A stretch of 64,000 nucleotides of DNA from a bacterium (GTDB lineage: Bacteria; UBA8248): contig CBDATS010000004.1 of the NCBI GenBank assembly GCA_965200245.1, forward strand, positions 608,001 to 672,000, given 5' to 3'. This document shows positions 28,599 through 37,966 of this stretch, piece by piece (the first letter of the stretch is position 1; each line of letters begins with the position of its first letter). Made by a program: the position numbers and the translations under genes. The notes under the pieces were generated by a model. The model saw only the letters and a list, made by a program, of their open reading frames with translations, did not search any database and was not told where the DNA came from.

Positions 28599-29192
28599 CC
28601 GAAAAAATCCCCCAGGCACCTGTTGCCGGAGAGGGGACATCACCCCGCAATTACTTGCATCATCCGTCATCGCGGCAAGCGTGAACCATGGCGGAGTTAA
28701 ATTTGGATTTGCACGGGGAAGCTGCCAAACCCTGGTCTGCCTCCCCGAAAAACAGGCTTGCCATCGTCGAACCCCGTCCTGAAGCTGCGTTCCAGACCTT
28801 CCCTGGTGGGCAGGGGCAATGTATCCGGCTTCGGAGTGTCGAGCAGATTCCTGAGGGGCATATCCATATTCCCTTCGAGTTGACTTTTCTTCAGTCTCTC
28901 CTTGATTTCTCTCTCCAGAACTCCTGAATGCAACATCACACTGTTTCAGGAGAAACAATCCATCCGGGAGCAAATCACAGAAGCCTTCCTGATAACCTGA
29001 AAGACCACCAGGAGAAAACCGGGGAGAGCGCAGGCCGCGAAGATGCCGTCATGGAACATGTCGGGAGACAGGGGCGCAAAAGGCGGGCATGGATGAACTG
29101 CTTGATGCTGCCAAGGAATGGATGGCTCGTGAGTCATTTTCTGTTACAATAAGAAAAACGTATCGTGCGATGAGATACCTGCAAGAGGAAAC

Positions 29193-29490
29193 AATGATAG
29201 AGATAGAATTTGAACCGATGGAAATAGCTGAAGTTGTAAGCTTGGCTGTGAGTCTGTTTACGGGTTTACTGACCCCCTCGGTTATCGGATATGGCATCTA
29301 CGCCATGATGAAAGCGAACAGGGAACGCGCAGTGGCGAGTGACAGGATAAATGAGGTACTGGCAAAGGCTATAGAAGGACTGGACAATTCGAACACTGCG
29401 CTCGCGAAGGCCATCGAAGGTATGGACAAGACCATGGAAGGGCTGGATAAGTCCAATACTGCGCTCGCAAAGGTACTGGAAAGGTTATAA
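29193..29490 (+). CDS. Small TM plus coiled-coil protein with internal LAKAIEGLD-SNTA repeats
   Basis: gagg RBS before ATG 29193; hydrophobic helix then heptad repeats. Confidence 0.6.
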
Positions 29491-29651
29491 CCTCCTGCAG
29501 CATCCCTCCGATATCACCGGAAACACCAAACACGTCTGAAACTCTTGCGGGCATGGAGTCCGATGGAATGTCGTGCAAGCGGGATTTGTCGGCTTTCCTG
29601 TGCAAATCCCCAAGTTTCAGAAATTTCTGCACCTGAAACGCGACGCGCAGT

Positions 29652-30446
29652 TCACCCCCCGCGCGAGATCATTTCCCGGAAATGGCTCAAGAGGAACAGC
29701 ACTGCCGCCGCCACGACGATGCATGGACCCGCCGGCGCGTTCCATTCGACCGACGCCCACAGGCCTGCCCCCACCGAGACGACCCCTGCAAGGATGGCGA
29801 ACGCCGCCATCTGCTCGGGTGTTTTGGCGAACCGCCGTGCCACCGCCGGTGGAATGATGAGCATCGAGGTGATGAGCAGAATCCCTATCAGCTTCATGGA
29901 AACGGCGATGATGAAGGCGACCAGGAACATGAAGACAAACTTCACGCGGAAGGTCGGTATCCCTTCGGCACCAGCCAGTTCTTCGTTCACCGTGACGGCG
30001 AGTAGCCCCCGCCACAGCCACGCGAGCACGCCCAGCGCAGCGGTACCACCCAGATAGATCCACCACAAATCCAGCGGGCCGACCGCAAGGATATCCCCAA
30101 AAAGGTAGCCCATCAGGTCTACCCGGAGGGTCTCGACCACACTGACAGCGATGATGCCTATCGAAAGCGCCGTGTGGGCCAAGATACCCAGCAGCGTGTC
30201 GATGGAGAGTGTTTTCCAAGTTTGCAGCGCCAGAAAAACGATCGCGAGGCCGATGCAGGAGATAAAGATGCCGAGTCTCAGGTCGACCCCGAAGGCGAAC
30301 CCTATCGCGACACCGAGCACGGCCGTGTGGGACATGGAGTTTCCAAAATAAGCCATCTTGCGCCAGACGATGAAACAACCCACGGGCCCCGTCACCAAGG
30401 CGACGCCTACTCCGCCCATGAATCCCCTCAATATGAAATCCTCCAT
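29652..30446 (-). CDS. znuB: Zinc ABC transporter permease
   Basis: GCFIVWRKMAYFGNSMSH, MGYLFGDILAV. Confidence 0.93.
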   Translation of the reverse strand: MEDFILRGFMGGVGVALVTGPVGCFIVWRKMAYFGNSMSHTAVLGVAIGFAFGVDLRLGIFISCIGLAIVFLALQTWKTLSIDTLLGILAHTALSIGIIAVSVVETLRVDLMGYLFGDILAVGPLDLWWIYLGGTAALGVLAWLWRGLLAVTVNEELAGAEGIPTFRVKFVFMFLVAFIIAVSMKLIGILLITSMLIIPPAVARRFAKTPEQMAAFAILAGVVSVGAGLWASVEWNAPAGPCIVVAAAVLFLLSHFREMISRGG

Positions 30447-30622
30447 CAGTTGCCTCCGTGATGGCGATGGGCTTCCTCGGGTTCGACAGGGAATATCTCC
30501 CCCTCCGGTCCGTGAACATGGTCGTGGCTGTGGGTGTAAATCGCCAGACTCTCCGCCTGTTTTCCGAACAAGGCGAGGTATTCGGGATGTTTGCTCACGG
30601 CTGTGGGATGTCCCGAGCAACA
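30304..30622 (+). repeat. 319-bp direct repeat, copy 1 (native znuC/znuB junction)
   Basis: Appears identical to 33654-33972, offset 3350. Confidence 0.93.
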
Positions 30623-31234
30623 GATATGCCTGTTGAGGCATACCACGAGATCGGTGAACGCCATGACGAAGTGGAGGTCGTGCGAGATCATGATGACACC
30701 GCATCCCCTCTCGTCCCTGATTTTCGCAATCAGGCGGTAGAGTTCGCTCTGCCCGTTGATGTCCACGTTCTGGATGGGCTCGTCGAGAACGAGCAGATCG
30801 GGCTCGCGCAGCAGGGCGCGGACGAGTAGCACGCGCTGGCGTTCTCCTCCGGAGAGGCTCTGGACGGGATGATCCAGCAAGTTATCGGCACCGACTTCTT
30901 CGAGGCACTTCTCCATCTGCTCGGGCGAGGGTTTCTGGGTGAGACACAACAGCCTGCGCACGGTAAGCGGGAGCGAGGGGTCGACCTCGAAGACCTGGGG
31001 CAGGTAGCCGACCGAAAGGCCCTCTTTCCGGTGGATCAACCCCGAATCGGGCTTGATCAATCCGAGCAGCACGCGGATGAGCGTGGTCTTGCCTGCACCG
31101 TTCGGGCCGACGAGGGTAAGAATTTCACCGTACGAAATGTCGATGCCGACATTCTGGAGTATCGTGGACCCGCCGATACGAAGGTGGAGGTTCGCGGCGG
31201 AGATGAGAGAGCGCCGCGCGTCATTCATCGTCAT
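30446..31234 (-). CDS. znuC: Zinc ABC transporter ATP-binding protein
   Basis: GPNGAGKTT, LSGGERQR, CLNRHICCSGHP, His-rich tail. Confidence 0.94.
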   Translation of the reverse strand: MTMNDARRSLISAANLHLRIGGSTILQNVGIDISYGEILTLVGPNGAGKTTLIRVLLGLIKPDSGLIHRKEGLSVGYLPQVFEVDPSLPLTVRRLLCLTQKPSPEQMEKCLEEVGADNLLDHPVQSLSGGERQRVLLVRALLREPDLLVLDEPIQNVDINGQSELYRLIAKIRDERGCGVIMISHDLHFVMAFTDLVVCLNRHICCSGHPTAVSKHPEYLALFGKQAESLAIYTHSHDHVHGPEGEIFPVEPEEAHRHHGGN

Positions 31235-31709
31235 GACACTCCAGGCACCTGCCGCTAACTTCCAGGATGGGCGTTTCCACCAGAAAACCCGCCCGGGTGG
31301 CACTTGCCTCGATAGCCTCGCCGATTTCCTCACCGTGCGTCTCAGCCACGTTTCCACAATCGCGGCAAATGAAGAACAGGGCATTGTGAGCGTCCGTCGA
31401 CATGGTACAGCCTATGAACGCGTTCATGCTCTCGATGCGGTGGATGAGGCCATTCTTCATGAGGAAATCAAGCGCCCGGTAGACCGTGGGCGGAGCTTTT
31501 CGTTTCCCGTTTACGTTCATGCGCTCAAGCACATCGTACGCGCCCATGGGCACATGGCTCTCCCAGACGATCTCCAGCACTCGACGCCTGAGCGACGTAA
31601 GTCTCGCTCCGCGATCCCTGCACAGCGCTTCGGCTTGTTCCAGCGCGCTCTCGATGCAAGCCTCGTGGTCGTGAGCCCTGCCTGGAAATTTCTTTCTTAT
31701 CGATGTCAT
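31221..31709 (-). CDS. zur: Zinc uptake regulator (Fur family)
   Basis: HDHEAC, PPTVYRALDFL, HRIES, CRDC and CLEC. Confidence 0.92.
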   Translation of the reverse strand: MTSIRKKFPGRAHDHEACIESALEQAEALCRDRGARLTSLRRRVLEIVWESHVPMGAYDVLERMNVNGKRKAPPTVYRALDFLMKNGLIHRIESMNAFIGCTMSTDAHNALFFICRDCGNVAETHGEEIGEAIEASATRAGFLVETPILEVSGRCLECHDDE

Positions 31710-31736
31710 CCAAAATTCCTTGACGAACGAAACATT

Positions 31737-31756
31737 AACGTTATAATATAACAATT
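31737..31756. promoter_or_regulatory. Zur box between divergent zur-znuCB and znuA
   Basis: cGTTATataATAACa palindrome matching the TGTTAT-N3-ATAACA consensus. Confidence 0.75.
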
Positions 31757-31800
31757 TAGGGACAATTTCAATTCCATTTTTAACAGAAAGGGCCGTATTG

Positions 31801-32799
31801 ATGAAATATCTGTTGATCGCCGTGGTTCTCACGATGACGCTCGTTGTGCGCCTTTCGACCCCTGTCTCTGCGGCACCCCAGGTGGTGGTCTCCATAAAAC
31901 CGCTTCATTCGCTGGTCACGGGTGTCATGAAGGGAGTCGGCAAACCTTATTTGCTGATAAAAGGCGTCGCCTCGCCTCATACGTTTTCCCTCAAACCCTC
32001 CGACGCCAGAGAACTTGAGAAGGCGCGCGTCGTTTTCTGGGTGGGCGAAGTGCTCGCCCCGAGTCTGGAGCGACCGCTCGCAATTCTGCCGAAACGGGCG
32101 AAGGTCGTCGCATTGGCGCAGACGAAGGGTTTGGAACTGCTGAAGATCAGGAAAGGCGGCTTGTGGGAAGAGCATGACGATCATCACGACGATCATCACG
32201 ACGATCACAAGCATTCCAAGGCCAGGGATGATCATCACGACGAGAAGGCCGGTGGTCATCACGCACATGAGCATCGCGGCAGTATTGATGTGCACATCTG
32301 GCTCGATCCCATGAACGCCAGCAAATGGGTGGACGCCATCGCGCACGAACTTGGAGAAGTGGACTCCAGGAACAGGAAGAAATACGAGTCGAACGCGCAA
32401 AATCTGAAAGCCCGCATCAACAATCTGCACAAAGAACTCGCGCGCTCATTTGCGCCAGTGCGAGGCGCACCCTACATCGTCTTTCACGATGCGTATCAAT
32501 ACATGGAGAAACGTTACGGGCTGAACGCCATCGGATCGGTGACCCTCTCACCCGAGAAAAAGCCGGGTGCGGCGCGTCTGGTAGCGATACAGAGGAAGAT
32601 CAGGAATACGAAGTCGCTCTGTGTGTTCACCGAGCCGCAGTTTCAGCCCAGATTGGTGAATGTCATCCTGGAGGGAACGGACGCCGGAACCGGCGTGCTC
32701 GACCCCTTGGGAGCGGATATACCCGCAGGTGAGGACGCATATTTTACTCTCATGCGAAACATGGCGAAATCGCTCAAGGGGTGTCTTGCTCGCAAATAA
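31801..32799 (+). CDS. znuA: Zinc ABC transporter substrate-binding protein
   Basis: VVSIKPLHSL, SPHTF, His/Asp-rich loop, HIWLDP, FHDAY. Confidence 0.95.
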   Translation: MKYLLIAVVLTMTLVVRLSTPVSAAPQVVVSIKPLHSLVTGVMKGVGKPYLLIKGVASPHTFSLKPSDARELEKARVVFWVGEVLAPSLERPLAILPKRAKVVALAQTKGLELLKIRKGGLWEEHDDHHDDHHDDHKHSKARDDHHDEKAGGHHAHEHRGSIDVHIWLDPMNASKWVDAIAHELGEVDSRNRKKYESNAQNLKARINNLHKELARSFAPVRGAPYIVFHDAYQYMEKRYGLNAIGSVTLSPEKKPGAARLVAIQRKIRNTKSLCVFTEPQFQPRLVNVILEGTDAGTGVLDPLGADIPAGEDAYFTLMRNMAKSLKGCLARK

Positions 32800-32894
32800 T
32801 CCGTGCGGCATCCCCCCGGGGATATGAACAAGCCTGCCCTGTTCCCCAGCATATCTTCGGGAAGCCGCCCGCTTTCTTGTTGCGGCGGCTTTCA

Positions 32895-33290
32895 ATGGCC
32901 CCTATACGTTCCATAGTTTTCAGGGAAGTTTTTGATGAATATGTACATCCATGGGAAAATCTGAAAATGACAAAAAAGTTTGATTCTTGGGATGAATTCC
33001 TGGATTGGGCGGAAAGTACCTCGCCCACTTTGGAACTGAACGAATTCAGGTACGGTCCAACGGAACCGAAATTAACTCCTGATCTTTCAGATGAATTTAA
33101 AGAAGATTGGAAAGAACTTGATGATGATACCAAAAAGAAAGTCATAAAAATGATTAGAACGATGATATTCAGTGGAGAACCACTCACGGATTCCATATAT
33201 GATGATCATGAAATAACGGTTGGAGCACAAAGGGGATATCGAGCTGCCCGTGTTCCGAGCGAGGGCGATGATCTTTCTCCTAATCCATAA
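32895..33290 (+). CDS. Hypothetical protein (PWExLKM motif shared with 63427-63627)
   Basis: AT-rich ORF; HPWENLKMTKKFDSWDEFLD. Confidence 0.55.
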   Translation: MAPIRSIVFREVFDEYVHPWENLKMTKKFDSWDEFLDWAESTSPTLELNEFRYGPTEPKLTPDLSDEFKEDWKELDDDTKKKVIKMIRTMIFSGEPLTDSIYDDHEITVGAQRGYRAARVPSEGDDLSPNP

Positions 33291-33437
33291 AATTGGCACA
33301 AAGAAATCAGGGTTGGCATGTCCATCAAACCACGACGAATTGTTTTCGCCAGATACAGGAAAGACGGGAATTATATGATTAACTTGGCAATGTATATTTG
33401 GATAAATAAAGTTTGATATATAAAGGGAAAATCAGAC

Positions 33438-34469
33438 ATGCCAGGCCATCGAAAAATGTTGGAAATGTTTCTGGAAGCCGCAGACGGGTTTCCGATTATC
33501 CGCAATGGCGAAAACGCAAGCGATTATACCCGCAGAATTGGCAGACTGTATAAAGGCTGGATACTTGAATCGGGGATACACATCAACCCCGTCAGAATGG
33601 AGAATGCCGTGGATATAATCGAGGGCGAAGCCTTTGATCGATGGCACGACCACATCGCGACACCGAGCACGGCCGTGTGGGACATGGAGTTTCCAAAATA
33701 AGCCATCTTGCGCCAGACGATGAAACAACCCACGGGCCCCGTCACCAAGGCGACGCCTACTCCGCCCATGAATCCCCTCAATATGAAATCCTCCATCAGT
33801 TGCCTCCGTGATGGCGATGGGCTTCCTCGGGTTCGACAGGGAATATCTCCCCCTCCGGTCCGTGAACATGGTCGTGGCTGTGGGTGTAAATCGCCAGACT
33901 CTCCGCCTGTTTTCCGAACAAGGCGAGGTATTCGGGATGTTTGCTCACGGCTGTGGGATGTCCCGAGCAACAAAGGAGATGAACACAAGTATTACGATCT
34001 GGATGATGAAGAGAGATGCAAAAACAAAGGCGAACTGGGGAAATGGGTAAAGGAAGAGTCTGCATTTGTGGCCGATATAGATGACCCGCATGGCGATGGC
34101 GAGCGGCTGAAAGAAGACCTGATATACTTTGGTAAGAGATATGACCAAGACGGAGTACTGTTCCTGCCCCTGTATGACGATTATGTTTTTGAAATAGACC
34201 CAGAAACCAGCGAAATGGAAAAGAAAGGCAGGAAAAGCAAGGTCCTAGAAGTGATGCAGAAACTCACGGGCGGATATACCAGGATAAGGAACAGGTTCTT
34301 CCAATTCAGTGAAGTGCGCGAAATCCCGATGCTCAGCTGGTTTGATACTATATCGGAAAGGATATCATATCAAAGACATTTCAACAGCGGAAAGACATTG
34401 GAAGAAATGCAAAAAAAAGAATCCTGGCTATTATTGGGGAAGATGGTGTCTGGAACCATACGAAGATGA
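33438..34469 (+). pseudogene. Second SAM-lyase-like gene, interrupted by the 319-bp znuCB copy
   Basis: N-terminal 72 aa and C-terminal part (VKEESAF, FGKRYDQDGVLFLP, GGYTRIRN) align with 1844-2842 and are in the same frame. Confidence 0.75.
33654..33972 (+). repeat. 319-bp direct repeat, copy 2 (ectopic)
   Basis: Appears identical to 30304-30622. Confidence 0.93.
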
Positions 34470-34478
34470 TGACGATGA

Positions 34479-34739
34479 TTGGTATGGGAGATAAGTATGA
34501 GAAGATGGCAGACGGAATTTGTACCTTTCGCGGATAGAGTTGTCTATATACCTTTCCGCCCATTCAGGGGCATACGTCCGCAGGTGGGCGATGAAGTGGA
34601 GTTTCTGGACCATGAGACCCAGGAATCGACGGGGGTAGTCGAGAAGATCGGCCGTGTACTCCGCAGCAGATACGAATCATTCCATAGCAGACGATCCGCC
34701 TACGTGATTCTTGAAAAGGATATGGATAGGTGGGATTGA
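34479..34739 (+). CDS. Hypothetical small beta-rich protein
   Basis: ORF in the islet operon; PQVGDEVEF. Confidence 0.5.
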   Translation: MVWEISMRRWQTEFVPFADRVVYIPFRPFRGIRPQVGDEVEFLDHETQESTGVVEKIGRVLRSRYESFHSRRSAYVILEKDMDRWD

Positions 34740-34988
34740 TAATGGCAATTATTCAATTATTGCAGTCACGTATAGTCATCCATATAATTCACGGAAATAC
34801 AAAAAAGGAAGCAGTGGAAATATACGAGGATTTGGAACCGGGAATTTATCGTCAAGCTATTGAAGGAGTTTGGATGAAGCGGCTAGCCTATTGTTGCGGA
34901 AAGTTGAAGTGCGTCATATAGAAGACCCGAATTAAAATACTTTGGGGATCATTATATATAAATCCCTGAAATATTCATGCCCGCACAT

Positions 34989-35018
34989 TGCAGGGGTGGT
35001 TCGCGAACCGCCCCTGCA
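34989..35018. repeat. REP-like palindrome at the islet edge
   Basis: tgcaggggtggttcgcgaaccgcccctgca. Confidence 0.5.
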
Positions 35019-35091
35019 TGAGTTCCAGACCCTGTAAATGGTCCTTGCCCGTATCTAATGGGACTTTATTGATCGAGCAAACCCTCGCTCC

Positions 35092-36066
35092 TCACTCGGG
35101 GTTCACCTTGTCCAGAATACCGGTCGCCTCCAGGTCCCTGCGGAACGCCTCCTTCTCCCGCTGCGTGAGGGGCACGATGGGCGGACGCGGATCCCCCGAG
35201 GGCAGACCCAGAAGCCTCGTCCATTCCTTCAGGTACGCCGTCGTCCGTCCGTTCGGACCCGTCGTGAAGTACTTCCTCCGCACCGCGCGCAGCGGTTCCA
35301 GTGAATAGTTGATCTGCCACGCCCTCTCCGTCTCCCCCGACAGCGCCGCCTCGTAGTAGTCGCGGATCGGCGTGTAGCCCGGCACCTGGAACAGGTACGG
35401 AAGCGGCGAGGACATGTGCACCTGCATCCCAAGGTGCAGGAGACTCACCAGGAAGTGCTCCTCGTTCGGGTCGCACACCACTATCTCCTCCCCCACGCGA
35501 CGCCGCACCTCGCTCTGGTGCGCCATGCTGGGAACCGCGTTCTTGATGCAGCAGATGTTCTCCAGTTCGCAGAGCCGCTCGATCAGTTCGGGACTCAGCG
35601 TCGTCCCCGATTTCGGCTGGTTGAACAGCGACAGCCCGATGTCCACCTGCTCGCAGATCGTCCGGAAGTACAGGAATATCTCCTCGTCGTCGTGCGCCCC
35701 GTACACCGGGTTGATCATGATCGCGTAGTCCGCACCCACCTCCTCGGCGCGCCTCGTCAGTTCCACCGCTTCCCGGATGTTGATGTGCGGCGTGTGCGGT
35801 ATCGTCTGCGCAACCCCACGGCTCTCCTCGCACACGATGTGCTGCACACGCCTGCGCTCCTCGGGAGAGAGCGACCAGAACTCCCCCATCAGGCCGTTGC
35901 AGAAAAACCCGTCGATCCGCAGGTCGTCGATGCAGGTCCGGACGAAGCGCCGCAGACCATCCTCGTCCAGCTCCCCCGCGGGCGTGAACGGCGTCGTCAG
36001 CGCCGCCCAGACGCCCCTCATGTGTTCCCGGCAGTACGCCTTCGCCTCGCCCTTCGTGTATTCCAT
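35092..36066 (-). CDS. Dihydrodipicolinate synthase / aldolase family protein
   Basis: ALTTPF, GLMGEFWSLS-EER, CCIKNA Schiff-base Lys region. Confidence 0.9.
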   Translation of the reverse strand: MEYTKGEAKAYCREHMRGVWAALTTPFTPAGELDEDGLRRFVRTCIDDLRIDGFFCNGLMGEFWSLSPEERRRVQHIVCEESRGVAQTIPHTPHINIREAVELTRRAEEVGADYAIMINPVYGAHDDEEIFLYFRTICEQVDIGLSLFNQPKSGTTLSPELIERLCELENICCIKNAVPSMAHQSEVRRRVGEEIVVCDPNEEHFLVSLLHLGMQVHMSSPLPYLFQVPGYTPIRDYYEAALSGETERAWQINYSLEPLRAVRRKYFTTGPNGRTTAYLKEWTRLLGLPSGDPRPPIVPLTQREKEAFRRDLEATGILDKVNPE

Positions 36067-36127
36067 CTCCTCCCCCCATAAGCAGTCGGTAACGAAATCC
36101 CCGGACAGACTCTCCCCCGCCCACTCC

Positions 36128-37321
36128 CTACCCGGCAGGAAGGCCCGTGATCCGAGAACTCATCTTGATGCGGTAGATGTGGTTGTTCCCCGCTCCGTGC
36201 AGAAACGATATCACGTCGCGGAGGTATTTCTCGACCGGACAATCCCGCATGTAGCCCAGCCCCCCGTGCACCTCCAGAGAGAGCCGGCACACCTCGTACG
36301 CCGCTTCCGAGCACACCACCTTCGTCAGACACGACAGCTTCGGATCGTACTCCTCCGCGTAATCCACCGCCCAGGAGGTGCGCCACAGTACCGAACGCGC
36401 CGTTTCCAGACGCGTGTACATCTCCCCGATCATCTGTGCAACCGCCTGATGTCCCCCGATGGGCTTGCCGCCCTGCACCCGTTCCCGGGAATAGCTAACC
36501 GCGGCATCGAAGGCAGAACGACCCGCGCCCAGCACAGTCGCTCCGTAACCTCCCCTCCCGCGGGCAAGACGGCTTGTGCGCAACGCCTCCGCCTGACCCT
36601 CTTCCTCTCCCAAGCGGTTCAAGGCTGCAACCTCGGCGTTCTCGAAAACGAGCGTGGCGTTGCTCAGGAGGCGGCGACCCATCTTGTCGTGAATCCGGCC
36701 AACGCTAAGGCCCGGAGTGTCCGAGGGGACGAGGAACGGCGTCATCCCCTTGAGGCCTCCTTTCGTCCTGTCGGTGCGTGTGTAGACGATGTAGAGCCTA
36801 GCCGTTCCGCCGTTGCTGATAAAACTCTTGACCCCGTTCAGTATATAGACGTCTCCTTTGCGTTTGGCGCTCATCTGCACACCTGATCCGACGGCAGTAT
36901 AGGGCAGCACATGATCCGTGCCTGAATCGGGCTCGGTCATGCATGTCGCCAGATGATAGTGGTGGTCTGAGACGAATGCCGGAAGGAAACGTTCCTTTTG
37001 CTCGTCGTTCGTCCAGTGTTCGAGGATGGGCGTGAACTTCCAGGTCTGATCGAAGGTGGCTGCCACGCCGAGATCCCCGGCCCCGAGTTCCTCGCCCACG
37101 ATGGAAAGCGTAAGCATGTCGGCCCCGCCGCCGTGCTCATCAGACAGCGCCAGTGTGCGCAGGCCGAGTTTCGAGCCCTCCTCAACGACCTCGGTGGGGA
37201 TGCACTCAAGCGGATTCGGGTTCCGGTCGAATTCCGCAGCAATGGGGCGCACGTGCCGCTCGACATAGTCGCGCGCGAGTTTTTGAAGGGCCTTTTGTTC
37301 GTCGCTCAGCGAAAAATCCAA
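36128..37321 (-). CDS. Acyl-CoA dehydrogenase
   Basis: CMTEPDSGTD, LNGVKSFISNG, KMG, HGGLGY...VEKYLRD. Confidence 0.95.
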   Translation of the reverse strand: MDFSLSDEQKALQKLARDYVERHVRPIAAEFDRNPNPLECIPTEVVEEGSKLGLRTLALSDEHGGGADMLTLSIVGEELGAGDLGVAATFDQTWKFTPILEHWTNDEQKERFLPAFVSDHHYHLATCMTEPDSGTDHVLPYTAVGSGVQMSAKRKGDVYILNGVKSFISNGGTARLYIVYTRTDRTKGGLKGMTPFLVPSDTPGLSVGRIHDKMGRRLLSNATLVFENAEVAALNRLGEEEGQAEALRTSRLARGRGGYGATVLGAGRSAFDAAVSYSRERVQGGKPIGGHQAVAQMIGEMYTRLETARSVLWRTSWAVDYAEEYDPKLSCLTKVVCSEAAYEVCRLSLEVHGGLGYMRDCPVEKYLRDVISFLHGAGNNHIYRIKMSSRITGLPAG

Positions 37322-37966
37322 TGCTCCTCCTTCCAGCCAGACATTCGAGAGAAGGCAGGCAAGGGGCGCGCAGATATTCCATCCAAAGGAAAAAACACGT
37401 CATGCCGGATCGACATTCCTGCCTATGGAATGTGCGCTTCAACGAATAATTCAACATCTATAATCGGGAGTTCCCTGTCAATCCACTCGGCTGAATTTTA
37501 TGGCGTAGCGCACATTCTTGCACGCGATGGGATCGTCCGTATCCCGGGACATCAGTGGCCAACCCCTGCCTGCGTCTTGAGTCCGATCAGGACGCTCTCC
37601 TTTACGCGCATCCCCCCCGCCCAGGCTGCCGGGAATCGTCGTGCAGATCCGCATATGGCAAAATACCTGTTTCATCCCGAGGAAAGCGTCATACCCGCCT
37701 ATCGCTTCGAGGATTTGCCCACCGTGCAGCACAATTCGAACTTCTCAAGTTACCGGGGGAGTCGACCAGGGGCGAAATACATGTGTTTTGGGGCCGTGTG
37801 GAGCAGAAAATCAAGGTCCGCTTCAGTTTACGCGATGGGCAGTCGCAAAAACAGTTGCCAGGAGCGATGCGCGCAAGCTATCGGGCACTACGGCCCCAGG
37901 GATGAAGCGTTGGGACATTCACCGTCACGGAGGAGATCCCGGTGTCGACTGTGCGGTAACCTCTGG

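Noticed and set aside
28688-28939. Overlapping ~80-aa ORFs on both strands
   Set aside because: No motif and no clear RBS; cannot choose a frame.
32173-32275. gacgatcatcac tandem repeats
   Set aside because: They encode the normal His/Asp-rich loop of ZnuA.
33432-34065. Minus-strand ORFs resembling znuB and znuC
   Set aside because: By-products of the 319-bp duplication, not genes.
37440-37950. Short ORFs between the acyl-CoA dehydrogenase and pyc, and at 41480-42140
   Set aside because: Probably decayed gene remnants, but no family could be recognised.
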